A DNA stretch of 64,000 nt from Escherichia phage vB_EcoM_E9.1. The notes under the pieces were generated by a model, which was not told where the DNA came from, ran no database searches, and saw nothing but the letters and a program-made list of their open reading frames with translations. Position 1 is the first letter of the stretch; every line of letters starts with the position of its first letter. The position numbers and the translations under genes were made by a program. The stretch is taken from sequence record PP886230. One strand, 5' to 3'. Shown piece by piece: positions 1 through 9,257 of this stretch.

Positions 1-1
1 C

Positions 2-421
2 GACAACGGTCAGCTTGGTGAATTATTTGGTTTACGACAAAATATTTTTCAGGCTATTGGTGAAGACACAACCAACTTAGTAAAAGACCCAACCGATTTA
101 CAAAATCGTGGTCTATACGTTGATGCGATACCAAGTATCAGTGATGAAATGCTTGATACGGTTCCAAGATTTATGAATCACCCATACATTGAAGATGGTA
201 TACAGAAAAAATTCATGCCTATCATTCCAGTTGCATATTGTCAACCAGGGAAAGGTGAAGCATTTTTCAACACTTTACTTCAGAACAATGAACATGGTAC
301 AATGGTAGGTGTAGAGTTCGAAATCACATCGGTTGAATTCGGATACTTTTCGCATGAATCAGTGAATTATGTTTCAGATACATTTTTGATTACATTGCAA
401 AACAATAACATAGGAGGTTAA
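2..421 (+). CDS. hypothetical protein, 5' end cut by window edge
   Basis: Open frame from nt 2 with no upstream stop, continuous with track ORF 149..421. Confidence 0.5.
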   Translation, partial: DNGQLGELFGLRQNIFQAIGEDTTNLVKDPTDLQNRGLYVDAIPSISDEMLDTVPRFMNHPYIEDGIQKKFMPIIPVAYCQPGKGEAFFNTLLQNNEHGTMVGVEFEITSVEFGYFSHESVNYVSDTFLITLQNNNIGG

Positions 422-422
422 T

Positions 423-734
423 ATGTTTAATCCGTTTTTTGACCCGTCTGGAATGACGGAAAAAGAACTACAGTTAAAAATTAATGAACAGTCAATGCGT
501 TTGACTTCTGCTCGTGCTGCTGGCCTAAGCGACATGATTATTGGTAATATGCAAACTGTCTTAAATCAATGTTATGCTGAACTAGAACTTCGCCAAGGAC
601 AAAAAGAAAAAACTGTTTATGACGAAGAAGACCCATGTATCTTCGATATGGATTCATATCTAACTGACAACGAAGAGGCCCAGAAGAAGAAAAATGAAAG
701 TACAAGGAAACAGATTTATAAGTCCCAATGGTGA
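423..734 (+). CDS. hypothetical protein
   Basis: Track ORF; strong RBS AGGAGG upstream of ATG (aggaggttaatATG). Confidence 0.6.
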   Translation: MFNPFFDPSGMTEKELQLKINEQSMRLTSARAAGLSDMIIGNMQTVLNQCYAELELRQGQKEKTVYDEEDPCIFDMDSYLTDNEEAQKKKNESTRKQIYKSQW

Positions 735-1212
735 TGTGAAATGTAATCTTAACGCAGTTGTTTATGCAATCAATTGCGGTGCAGATATCCAGTACTTACA
801 ATTGCAGGAAATTGATGAACCTGAAAGGTTGAAATTCAATGATAACTGTAAAAAATTTGGCTTAGAACAACGTATGCTGGATTATACAATTGAGCATGAT
901 AAAAATCATGAACTGTGGCGATATGATCCAGTATACGACAATATAAATCTGCGTGACTTTTTCTTACAAAAATGCACATCCGATGAAGCACGAAAACGTG
1001 TTGAGTATGAACTTGATTTATATGAATATTATAATATGACAAAGCTACTAAGATGTATGATATGGCTTGTTGATTATATGGAAGAAAATGAGATCTTTTG
1101 GGGTCTAGGTCGTGGAAGCTCTGTTGCATCATACTGTTTGTTTTTGATTGGACTACATATGGTAGATTCATTGAAGTACGAACTTGATGTTAACGAATTT
1201 TTGAAATGGTAG
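694..1212 (+). CDS. hypothetical protein (start uncertain)
   Basis: Track ORF overlapping upstream gene by 41 nt; true start may be internal. Confidence 0.4.
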   Translation: MKVQGNRFISPNGDVKCNLNAVVYAINCGADIQYLQLQEIDEPERLKFNDNCKKFGLEQRMLDYTIEHDKNHELWRYDPVYDNINLRDFFLQKCTSDEARKRVEYELDLYEYYNMTKLLRCMIWLVDYMEENEIFWGLGRGSSVASYCLFLIGLHMVDSLKYELDVNEFLKW

Positions 1213-1230
1213 AAAAACATGTGATATAAT
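1201..1230 (+). promoter_or_regulatory. sigma70-like promoter, extended -10
   Basis: TTGAAA-N18-TGTGATATAAT upstream of CDS 1276. Confidence 0.5.
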
Positions 1231-1275
1231 GTTTATTGTAGGCTTATATCACACATACAATAAAAGGATTTTGAT

Positions 1276-1620
1276 ATGTCTAAACATACAACTTATCGTG
1301 GTACAACAATTGACATGGATATGCTCAAGTACCAAAATCAACATCAGGTAGCATTGGGTAATGCTAATCTAAACGCACGTGGTGATAAAATCGGTTCCGG
1401 TGGAACAATTATTAAAACTCGTGAAGAGTTGATTCAAGAAAAAGAACGAGAAATGCAAATTCCTGATTATATCCCTGAACATCAACTTCATAGTACTGAA
1501 CATGGTACGGATGAAGTATGGGATGATGAGAGTTTTGAAGTTAAGCCCGAAGAACAAGAAGCTGAGGTTTCTGAAGAGAAGAAAGCACCACGTCGAGCTA
1601 GAACCAAAGATCAGGAGTAA
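1276..1620 (+). CDS. hypothetical protein, acidic C-terminus
   Basis: Track ORF; RBS AAAGGA upstream. Confidence 0.55.
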   Translation: MSKHTTYRGTTIDMDMLKYQNQHQVALGNANLNARGDKIGSGGTIIKTREELIQEKEREMQIPDYIPEHQLHSTEHGTDEVWDDESFEVKPEEQEAEVSEEKKAPRRARTKDQE

Positions 1621-1628
1621 TATATTAA

Positions 1629-1955
1629 ATGACTAATAAAGTAATGACTGCATGTAAAGGTAAAGTACTGGTAACTGAACTGGAACATGGTGAACGCAAA
1701 ACAGCAGGTGGTATCGTTTTAACAAACGATGACGGTAAAATTAGAGGTATTCGTTCTCGCTGGGCAAAAGTTTATTCTGTAGGCGAAGACATTACTGATA
1801 TTAAAGAAGGTCAATGGATTTTAATTGATCATGGTCGATGGTCAAGAACTATTGAAGTTGATGGTATTGAATTAAACTTGGTTGATTATCCAGCCGCAGT
1901 TAGTTTAGTTTCAGATGAAGATCCACGAACTAAAATGCTAACCTTTGGTCGTTAA
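1629..1955 (+). CDS. GroES-like co-chaperonin (Cpn10 family)
   Basis: KVLV..ERKTAGGIVLT...VYSVGED...IEVDGIELNLV matches GroES mobile-loop and beta-barrel pattern; RBS CAGGAG. Confidence 0.65.
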   Translation: MTNKVMTACKGKVLVTELEHGERKTAGGIVLTNDDGKIRGIRSRWAKVYSVGEDITDIKEGQWILIDHGRWSRTIEVDGIELNLVDYPAAVSLVSDEDPRTKMLTFGR

Positions 1956-1970
1956 TAAAATATAATTAAA

Positions 1971-1995
1971 GCTCGGATGAATATCTGGGCTTTTT
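1971..1995 (+). terminator. putative intrinsic terminator
   Basis: GCTCGG-loop-CTGGGC hairpin (2 G-U pairs) followed by TTTTT, 16 nt after stop of 1629..1955. Confidence 0.4.
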
Positions 1996-2008
1996 ATTTG
2001 GACAGATT

Positions 2009-2281
2009 TTGATGATAACTGATGATGGAAAATTTAGTTTCAAGGATGTAACATTAGTATCTAAAAACGGAAGATTCATGTTTGAAGATAGAAAAAATAC
2101 CAAATATGTATATGAAGTTTCACATGATATGTTTAAAGTTTTATTAGTTGCATCAGCCCAAGCTGAAAGTACTGGGATTAAAAATAAGGCAAATTCTTTT
2201 AATTTTTTATTAAATCAATTGGAAATGACAGAAGAACTTTTCACGGCTTTATTATATAATTCAGCCGATTGGATTCTATAA
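2009..2281 (+). CDS. hypothetical protein
   Basis: Track ORF; weak RBS. Confidence 0.4.
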   Translation: MMITDDGKFSFKDVTLVSKNGRFMFEDRKNTKYVYEVSHDMFKVLLVASAQAESTGIKNKANSFNFLLNQLEMTEELFTALLYNSADWIL

Positions 2282-2304
2282 CACGTACACATAAGGAAAT
2301 ACAA

Positions 2305-3258
2305 ATGACCACACTATGGACTGAAAAATATCGCCCACAATCAATGGAAGATTATGTATCAAAAAACGATGCACTACGCCAGAAAATGGAAGAATGGATT
2401 AAGACTGGTGACATTCCACATATTGGGTTTTTTGGCCCAGCAGGAACTGGTAAAACATCTGCGATCAAAGTACTAATTAATGGACTAGTTCAAAATGGAC
2501 ACCTTGATCCAAGTGATGTGACCACGCTTAACATGTCCGATGAAGGCATTGATGCTGTTCGTGACAAAATCGATGCCGCAGCAAAGCTATCATGTTTTGG
2601 TAGATATCGTATTTTTGTTCTTGAAGAAATGGAGCAGATGAACCACAAAGCACAAGGTAGTTTGAAACGTGTAATGGAAGACTATCATGAAAATGCTCGC
2701 TTTATTTTAACAAGTAACGAACCACATAAAATTCAAAAACCTATCATTTCTCGTGTTCAAGTTATTACAATCGAAAAGCATGATATGGAACAATTCATGA
2801 CTCGAATTTATAATATTCTTCTAGCAGAAGGTGTTGATTTGAGTAGTGATGATAGTGTTGAACAAGTTCAAAAGTACATCAATGCTTCCTATCCTGATTT
2901 CCGTAAAACACTAAACGTATTGCAAAGTTCAGTTGTTGATGGTAAGCTAGTAAAACTTGAAGATAGTATTGAAAATTCAGCAGGGTATCGTACTGCAATT
3001 GTTGAAGCATTAAAGGCAGGCAACATTCGCCAAATGCGTGAACAAATTGTACAAAATATCCCTGATGATGAGATGGATGCATTTTTCTCTTACTTGTACA
3101 GAAATGCTGAAATGTTCAGTACTGATGAAATCACACTGATGAAGATTAAAGTTAAAATTCGTGATGCAGTTGTTAAGCAAGCAACAGTATCAGACCGTGA
3201 AATGAATCTTAGTGCTTTACTGTGTGAGATTGACCTAATTTGTTCGGGGAACATGTAA
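2305..3258 (+). CDS. clamp-loader ATPase, gp44 / RFC small-subunit type (AAA+)
   Basis: LWTEKYRP N-terminus, Walker A GPAGTGKTS, and ...NASYPDFRKTLNVLQ... resembling T4 gp44 ...KNFPDFRKT...; start moved to ATG 2305 behind RBS AAGGAAA. Confidence 0.75.
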   Translation: MTTLWTEKYRPQSMEDYVSKNDALRQKMEEWIKTGDIPHIGFFGPAGTGKTSAIKVLINGLVQNGHLDPSDVTTLNMSDEGIDAVRDKIDAAAKLSCFGRYRIFVLEEMEQMNHKAQGSLKRVMEDYHENARFILTSNEPHKIQKPIISRVQVITIEKHDMEQFMTRIYNILLAEGVDLSSDDSVEQVQKYINASYPDFRKTLNVLQSSVVDGKLVKLEDSIENSAGYRTAIVEALKAGNIRQMREQIVQNIPDDEMDAFFSYLYRNAEMFSTDEITLMKIKVKIRDAVVKQATVSDREMNLSALLCEIDLICSGNM

Positions 3259-3884
3259 TGAAACCACGTTGTATAGTTTTTGATTGTGATGAAGTTCTAT
3301 TGGACCATATGGGTATGCTTTCTGAGTTTGTAAAACAAACTTATAATATCACACCATCAACACCATACCCATTAGAATATGATTTATCAGACTGGTTGGG
3401 TGTTCCTCAACCTGAAGTTAAAAAGATTCTTGAACAGTTCAACCAACAATCATATTTGTTTGGGTTGTTAAAGCCAGTCGAACCAAATACAGTTGATATT
3501 GTACAAGAGCTACGTGATCGTTTTCATAAAGAAAAATTCGTAGTACTCACAAAATGTGGTAAAAAAGGCTATGGTGAAGTTTTACGAAATGTAAATCTAA
3601 TGCGTGAATTTGGTGAAAACTGCTTTGATGAGATTATTATCATAGAAATGAATGAATCAAAGAAAGAAGCATTAGAGGATTTACAAACACGATATGATGT
3701 AAAACTAATGATTGATGATTATATCAATAATATTGAAACTGCTATGGGTCTTGGTATTCCATCAGTTATGATGGGATGTTCTCATAATACTATGTATAAG
3801 AATCATAGTGGTTTTGAATATATCGAAAACTGGACAGAACTTAGACTGAAAATTTATTCAGTACTAGGTAAATATTACAAATAA
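3258..3884 (+). CDS. HAD-superfamily hydrolase, putative 5'(3')-deoxyribonucleotidase
   Basis: N-terminal CIVFDCDEVLLDH fits HAD motif I (DxDx[TV]); start ATG overlaps upstream stop (TAATG). Confidence 0.5.
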   Translation: MKPRCIVFDCDEVLLDHMGMLSEFVKQTYNITPSTPYPLEYDLSDWLGVPQPEVKKILEQFNQQSYLFGLLKPVEPNTVDIVQELRDRFHKEKFVVLTKCGKKGYGEVLRNVNLMREFGENCFDEIIIIEMNESKKEALEDLQTRYDVKLMIDDYINNIETAMGLGIPSVMMGCSHNTMYKNHSGFEYIENWTELRLKIYSVLGKYYK

Positions 3885-3896
3885 AACTTTTAAATT

Positions 3897-3920
3897 GGGG
3901 TTTGATTCAAACCCCTTTTG
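3897..3920 (+). terminator. intrinsic terminator
   Basis: GGGGTTTGA/TCAAACCCC hairpin followed by TTTTG. Confidence 0.7.
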
Positions 3921-3980
3921 TTGTATTTTAAAAGTAGTAAATAGTATTATATGTGCTAGTTTTTAAGGATAATATAAAAT

Positions 3981-4544
3981 ATGGACGATTTAGATTATAC
4001 AGATAATGCTATTCAGCAGTTGTATGATAACAGTGGTATGTTAGATATACTTCTTGCTGTAGAGAAATATTTCGATGATAATGATTTATATGCGTATAAA
4101 GGAATTATTGAGGGTGAGTTGGTAGAGGGGCCAATTGTAAGTAAGTATTGGTGTACTGTTACATTTAAATACTATCGTGAAAATTTTCCCGATCCTACCG
4201 CATTCTCTATTTTAGAGAAACATGGAACTAAAGTATATGTTAAAGCTGATTATGAAATAACTCCTATTAAAGAACCAAATCGTCAAGCTGACATGAAAAG
4301 TGTAGCGACACAATCTGGCTCTGTACGTATACCAAAAAATGAAAGAATCCCAGTACTATTGGTTAGAGTGCAGATTCCACGAAACTTGATTAATCCAGAA
4401 AGTTTTGATGAATATAAACTAATGGCAGCAGAATTCAATAGTAATCCAATGAATTCTCCTGAGAATATTGAAGAACCTGTAACTGGTGATGATGTGGATT
4501 TAGATGTAGAAGTAACGGATGAGACACAAGAAGGTGGAATGTAA
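3981..4544 (+). CDS. hypothetical protein
   Basis: Track ORF; RBS AAGGA. Confidence 0.55.
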   Translation: MDDLDYTDNAIQQLYDNSGMLDILLAVEKYFDDNDLYAYKGIIEGELVEGPIVSKYWCTVTFKYYRENFPDPTAFSILEKHGTKVYVKADYEITPIKEPNRQADMKSVATQSGSVRIPKNERIPVLLVRVQIPRNLINPESFDEYKLMAAEFNSNPMNSPENIEEPVTGDDVDLDVEVTDETQEGGM

Positions 4545-5224
4545 TGAAAAAGAAATTAAATGAACAAGGCTTACGTCCGCAAGTTCTCAAAGATTTGATT
4601 CATCCTATCATTAGTGTTGATGAATATACTCCTAAAATTGAAGATAGTAATATTGTTATTATGTTTCAGGTACTTAACAATTTTGATGCAGCATATGATT
4701 TATCTTCTTTTATTGAAAAATCACCTATTGATGTAGCTGATACAGAAGCAGCAGAAACACCAAATTTAGATGGTCGATATCAAGTTTATGTTGAAATGGA
4801 ACGAAATGCCGAATTCCCTGAAAAACTTTTACGTTTAATTAAAACTATTGAAAATATTTGTCCAGACCCAGGTTGGAAAATACAACTATATGGTGTTAAT
4901 GACCCAATCGATGTTGATTTTGAAGAAATACAGCAGAGAATTGATTTGGGTATTCCTAGTTCAATTAGTGAGTTCCTTGATTATGCTGGTGTTTCAGTAA
5001 TCAAAGAAGGAAACATGTTGACATTAAAAACAGCATATGGTAAATTACATTACAGTACTGGAAGCGGTTTTGTTTCAGAAACATATGTGAAAAAGTTATT
5101 AAAGAATGATACACAATTAGACACTTCGCGTCTTAGTTCCATACTAGGGGAAAGCTATACAGTACTACGAAGTGGTGATCAATATGTAATTGGAAGAAAC
5201 GGGAAATATTTGGTGTTGCGATGA
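4544..5224 (+). CDS. hypothetical protein
   Basis: Track ORF; start overlaps upstream stop (coupled). Confidence 0.55.
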   Translation: MKKKLNEQGLRPQVLKDLIHPIISVDEYTPKIEDSNIVIMFQVLNNFDAAYDLSSFIEKSPIDVADTEAAETPNLDGRYQVYVEMERNAEFPEKLLRLIKTIENICPDPGWKIQLYGVNDPIDVDFEEIQQRIDLGIPSSISEFLDYAGVSVIKEGNMLTLKTAYGKLHYSTGSGFVSETYVKKLLKNDTQLDTSRLSSILGESYTVLRSGDQYVIGRNGKYLVLR

Positions 5225-6039
5225 GAATTTTAAATATGCTTAAATCTCTTCACGAAACAACCAAATTACATCAGGATGAAAAGTATCGTCGCAGCCTTAC
5301 TAAAGATTTAGCATGTCGTATGTATATGCGTAGATTTGAAATTTCAAGAATTGGTAAAGGCTGGGATGATGTAAATCGTGAAGACATTGATCCAGATGCA
5401 ATTTTTAAAGCATACATGGCTAGAAAAGTTTTCATAAATGAAAAAACTTTTTATATTGATAGTGATAGAGAATTAGAAAATAAATTTACAAAAGGTTTAT
5501 GGAAGATATGGTGTGTTGAAGTATTCGGTGAAGTATTACCTGAGCCACCTGTTCCAGAAACTTATAAAGATTTAAAAAGTATTTTTGATAATGAACATAT
5601 ACATTCAAATTTCTCATTATATGATACTGTGTCAGAAGCTGTATTTTATGGTGAGTTACATGGTCATAACAAATACTTTGATAGTATGGTTAGTTTTGAT
5701 TTGTTTTGTCACTTGCCTGGTGTATCAAGTTGGACATGTGACCAACACAGAGCAAGTAAGATTGATAAGCGAAAATTCTCGGCCCAAAGATTTATGCAAG
5801 TTGCTATGAGTATGTATAAACTTGATTATCTTGGTTGTCCAGAACCATATAAACATTTTTGGAAAGAAAGAGCACAAAAATGTTTAAACTATTGTATAAT
5901 CCGTTTAATGGACACATACATTCTTAAGTTTAGAAATGCAACTGTATACGACATGCCTGAACCACCAAAGAATGAAAAATATCCACCTGTCAAGACATTT
6001 GTATGGTACAAGGATAAAAGTAACAAAAGGATGCACTAA
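5221..6039 (+). CDS. hypothetical protein
   Basis: Track ORF; ATGA overlap with upstream gene. Confidence 0.55.
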   Translation: MRILNMLKSLHETTKLHQDEKYRRSLTKDLACRMYMRRFEISRIGKGWDDVNREDIDPDAIFKAYMARKVFINEKTFYIDSDRELENKFTKGLWKIWCVEVFGEVLPEPPVPETYKDLKSIFDNEHIHSNFSLYDTVSEAVFYGELHGHNKYFDSMVSFDLFCHLPGVSSWTCDQHRASKIDKRKFSAQRFMQVAMSMYKLDYLGCPEPYKHFWKERAQKCLNYCIIRLMDTYILKFRNATVYDMPEPPKNEKYPPVKTFVWYKDKSNKRMH

Positions 6040-6054
6040 GGTGCGTCCTTTTTT
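6029..6054 (+). terminator. intrinsic terminator overlapping stop codon
   Basis: GGATGCAC-TAAG-GTGCGTCC hairpin followed by TTTTTT. Confidence 0.6.
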
Positions 6055-6065
6055 CTTTTCAGGTG

Positions 6066-6094
6066 TTGACATGTGTAGTCGAAGTATGTACAAT
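6066..6094 (+). promoter_or_regulatory. sigma70-like promoter
   Basis: TTGACA-N17-TACAAT upstream of CDS 6136. Confidence 0.55.
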
Positions 6095-6135
6095 ATCACC
6101 ATAGCGTAAATTTTAATTGATTATGAGGTTTTATA

Positions 6136-7263
6136 ATGAAAGGTAAATATTTTTTCATTGAAAATGGCAAAGAAGTTGAGATTCAAGAATTTAACTATAA
6201 TTATGTACTGAACTCTTTATTGAAACAATATGACCGTTCATCAAACAAAAAATACATTTACAATGTAATTGTACGTCGCACCTATGACTCGCTGGGTAAT
6301 CCGTTATTTGATGTAAAAACTCTGTCATTAGATGAAATCTATTTTGATAATAAACGTCTGAAAGTTCTTGATTTAATGAAGGATAAAATTCATTTTAGTA
6401 ATATTAGAATTGATCCTAACATGCCAGTACCGCCATTAGAGCGTGAATATCGTGAATGGAAAGAAGGTCGTGCCAAACCACGTTTAGACTTGGTACAAAC
6501 ATCACCAGATGTACCTGCACCTATTGTTCTTAAGAAAAAACCTATCAACCCAGACGATAGCAGAATTGATGACATTGAAAGATGGGTTGAATTCCCTAGT
6601 ACTATTGAAAAGAATTCAGTAAAAGTACTAGACTGGTTTGTAAACTTACCAGTTTGTGCACAAGAAATTGGAACTAAGATTCAACAAATTTCAGAACGTC
6701 AATTGGATCTTAACTCAGCATTACAACAGCATAGTGATTATATTAGAATGCTTATGAATAACCTTACTGTTGCGTTGGAGACGTTGTTCCCATTGAAGCC
6801 GACCTTTACACAGAAATTGTTTGGTAAAACTGATATCAAAGTGCAACCATCAGATTTGCCAAAAGTGATGAAAGCACTAAATGAAGCAGTTAAGTATGAC
6901 ACTAATAAGTTTAGTGGTCTTAGTACGATGTTTTCAGAACTTAGAAACGAAGTTAATGAAATCAAAAATGAACTTGAATATGGTAAGTTGGGTTGTGAAT
7001 ACGCACTACGTTGTGTGGATGATGCGTTTGAATATGAATTAACATTAGAACGTATTATGAAAATGGGAATCACCACCTCCATGACTGAAACGAGCATTAT
7101 TGCAACAAGTAAGCAATATCAAGTTGATATGAATCGTATGGTAGATATTCAAACTATTACTATTCCTTTGATTATCAATCGTTTACAATCACAGACAGGT
7201 AAAGCTGTGGATGAGAGTACTGTAGAAATTATTCGTAATCTGGCATATGGTAACAAAGAGTAA
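6136..7263 (+). CDS. hypothetical protein
   Basis: Track ORF 375 aa; RBS GAGG. Confidence 0.6.
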   Translation: MKGKYFFIENGKEVEIQEFNYNYVLNSLLKQYDRSSNKKYIYNVIVRRTYDSLGNPLFDVKTLSLDEIYFDNKRLKVLDLMKDKIHFSNIRIDPNMPVPPLEREYREWKEGRAKPRLDLVQTSPDVPAPIVLKKKPINPDDSRIDDIERWVEFPSTIEKNSVKVLDWFVNLPVCAQEIGTKIQQISERQLDLNSALQQHSDYIRMLMNNLTVALETLFPLKPTFTQKLFGKTDIKVQPSDLPKVMKALNEAVKYDTNKFSGLSTMFSELRNEVNEIKNELEYGKLGCEYALRCVDDAFEYELTLERIMKMGITTSMTETSIIATSKQYQVDMNRMVDIQTITIPLIINRLQSQTGKAVDESTVEIIRNLAYGNKE

Positions 7264-7271
7264 AAAAATAC

Positions 7272-7300
7272 TTGACTATCATACGTGCTGCCCGTATAAT
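7272..7300 (+). promoter_or_regulatory. sigma70-like promoter
   Basis: TTGACT-N17-TATAAT; inverted repeat GTGCTGC...GCAGCAC brackets the -10. Confidence 0.6.
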
Positions 7301-7348
7301 GTTTATCACAGAGCAGCACATCATATTAAATTAAACGAGGAATACTAA

Positions 7349-8485
7349 ATGTCCGAGAAAGAAATCAATCCTAAAAAAGCATCCACCGCAGCTAAATCAG
7401 CAAAACGCACTACTAAAACTGCGTCTAAAGGTCATACAATTGATGCAAGTGATATTTTTAACCAAACTACAAAATCACTACCAGTACTGAAAGATGTTAA
7501 GGGAAATACTATGTCTCTAACAGTTCAAAACATCAATACTGTTGGTACAACTGCTGGTGCTGCTGTTGGGCGTTTGGCTGATGAAATTATGTCTAAAGTT
7601 AATGTAACGGATGACAATACCGAGTTTGGTAAATCAATCACCACAATTCTTACGTTGACTCGTGCAGTTGATATTGACAGTCTTCAAGAAGATAAATCAA
7701 TTGTTGGTCGTATTAAGAAATTCTTTGTTAATGCTCAACAGAAAGTAGGTGATCAGTACAAAAACAGTAAAGAGCAAATTGACGAAATTATGAAAACTCT
7801 TCAAACTGGTATTAATCGCCAGCACGGAGAATGTGAATGGCTTGATAAAGCATATAATGAAAACAAAGAATATTTGTTTGAATTACGTGATACATTAGTT
7901 GGTTTAGAAGAAGTAACTAAAACACAAGATGCATTATTATTAGAAATGCAAGCAGACAAAAATGTAGACTCTTTTGCTATTCAAGAGCAAAAGATGATTT
8001 GTGAAGCACTTTCTAAACAAGAAGATAAGATTCGTCGTCTTATCATGATGTGCGAGCTAAGTGGTCCACGTTTGATGAGTATGAAAAAAGTAAACTTGAA
8101 CACTGTTTCTAAGTTTGAAGATTTAAAATCTGTTGTTATTCCAGCATGGAAGTCTCAATTGGCTGAACAGTTAATTTCCGAGCGTCAACGTAAGGATAAT
8201 GAACTAGGCAATCTAATTGATAATGAGACAAACCGTCTTTTGGAAACTAACTCTAAAATGGTTGCAGCAAATATGTTGGACGCAGCAAAGGCAAACAACC
8301 GTGGTATTGTGGATATTAAAACCTTGCGTAATGTACATAAAACGATGATTGACAGTATTGAAGCAGTTATTGAAGAAGAGAAAAAAGGTAAATTGGAACG
8401 TGAACGTGCTAAACAGGAAATTGCACAACTTTCCTATGAACTGGAAGACACTCTTCGTGAAATTGCCGAAAAAGCTAACAAGTAA
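7349..8485 (+). CDS. hypothetical coiled-coil protein (possibly TelA-like, not verifiable here)
   Basis: Track ORF 378 aa; RBS GAGGAA; family assignment is a guess. Confidence 0.55.
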   Translation: MSEKEINPKKASTAAKSAKRTTKTASKGHTIDASDIFNQTTKSLPVLKDVKGNTMSLTVQNINTVGTTAGAAVGRLADEIMSKVNVTDDNTEFGKSITTILTLTRAVDIDSLQEDKSIVGRIKKFFVNAQQKVGDQYKNSKEQIDEIMKTLQTGINRQHGECEWLDKAYNENKEYLFELRDTLVGLEEVTKTQDALLLEMQADKNVDSFAIQEQKMICEALSKQEDKIRRLIMMCELSGPRLMSMKKVNLNTVSKFEDLKSVVIPAWKSQLAEQLISERQRKDNELGNLIDNETNRLLETNSKMVAANMLDAAKANNRGIVDIKTLRNVHKTMIDSIEAVIEEEKKGKLERERAKQEIAQLSYELEDTLREIAEKANK

Positions 8486-8488
8486 TAG

Positions 8489-8517
8489 TTGACATATGAG
8501 TGCGTTTTTAATATAAT
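8489..8517 (+). promoter_or_regulatory. sigma70-like promoter
   Basis: TTGACA-N17-TATAAT upstream of CDS 8565. Confidence 0.55.
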
Positions 8518-8540
8518 CTTATTGAAAACGCACTCTTTTT
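8498..8540 (+). terminator. hairpin + T-run nested in the promoter
   Basis: GAGTGCGTTTT...AAAACGCACTC 11-bp stem, loop carries the -10, followed by TTTTT. Confidence 0.5.
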
Positions 8541-8564
8541 AATGTACAGATAAGGAACTAACTT

Positions 8565-9254
8565 ATGAAACGTCGTCATATTAGTGTTGATATTGAAGCT
8601 CTTGGAACACCTGAACTTTCCGGTTATGATATTATTATCCCAAATTACGCAGCAGTAGTAGTTCCAAGTAAACCTGAAAATGACATTCGTCAGTTCTTAT
8701 ATATTAAATTACCATACCAGGATCAAGTTGCTGCTGGTTTAAAATCAGACGCAGGTGCAATGGATTTTTGGATGAATACATGTCAGAAAGAATACCCTAA
8801 TGCATATTCTGAAGTTGCCAGTACTATGAAACTCAAAGCACCTGAACTGTATGGACCGAATGGTCAATCACGACGATTTTTTGCATACAGTAGTATTGTT
8901 GATTTCTGGAAAGAATTACGTTACAATGATTATGGTGAAGAAGTTCCTCATTCAGTCTGGGGCAACGGATGTAACTTCGATTGTAGTATTTTACAAGCAA
9001 ACCATTTAAAACTAATGAACGCTGGTGAGTTGTGGAAGTATGATGCACCTGAAAATGCACGCACATTGAAACGTTTATTGAATGAAGAAGCTCGTATTGA
9101 AATGGATGAAATCGTTTCGGTACAGTTGGATAAATTTATCACATATGCAAATACGTGTGGGATTAATGGGTTGGAGTTACATCACCCACTGTTTGATGCA
9201 GCACGTGAAGCAATCCAGATTTCATTCTGTCTAAACAAGCTTAAAATGGATTAA
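8565..9254 (+). CDS. DEDDh 3'-5' exonuclease (DnaQ-like; DexA-like)
   Basis: Exo motifs: SVDIEALGT (D-x-E), WGNGCNFDCSIL, HHPLFDAAREA (H-x4-D). Confidence 0.65.
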   Translation: MKRRHISVDIEALGTPELSGYDIIIPNYAAVVVPSKPENDIRQFLYIKLPYQDQVAAGLKSDAGAMDFWMNTCQKEYPNAYSEVASTMKLKAPELYGPNGQSRRFFAYSSIVDFWKELRYNDYGEEVPHSVWGNGCNFDCSILQANHLKLMNAGELWKYDAPENARTLKRLLNEEARIEMDEIVSVQLDKFITYANTCGINGLELHHPLFDAAREAIQISFCLNKLKMD

Positions 9255-9257
9255 TAC

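Noticed and set aside
836-1171. Minus-strand ORFs in the six-frame track embedded in plus-strand genes (e.g. 836..1171, 6738..7097, 39769..40002 region excepted, 58499..59588 set, 60026..60520)
   Set aside because: They lie antisense within well-supported plus-strand genes, lack RBS and promoter context, and have low-complexity composition; treated as spurious frames. The exception kept is 39401..40555.
423-1212. Programmed ribosomal frameshift joining ORF 423..734 and ORF 694..1212
   Set aside because: No slippery heptamer or downstream structure seen in the 41-nt overlap; more simply an overlapping gene or a mis-placed start.
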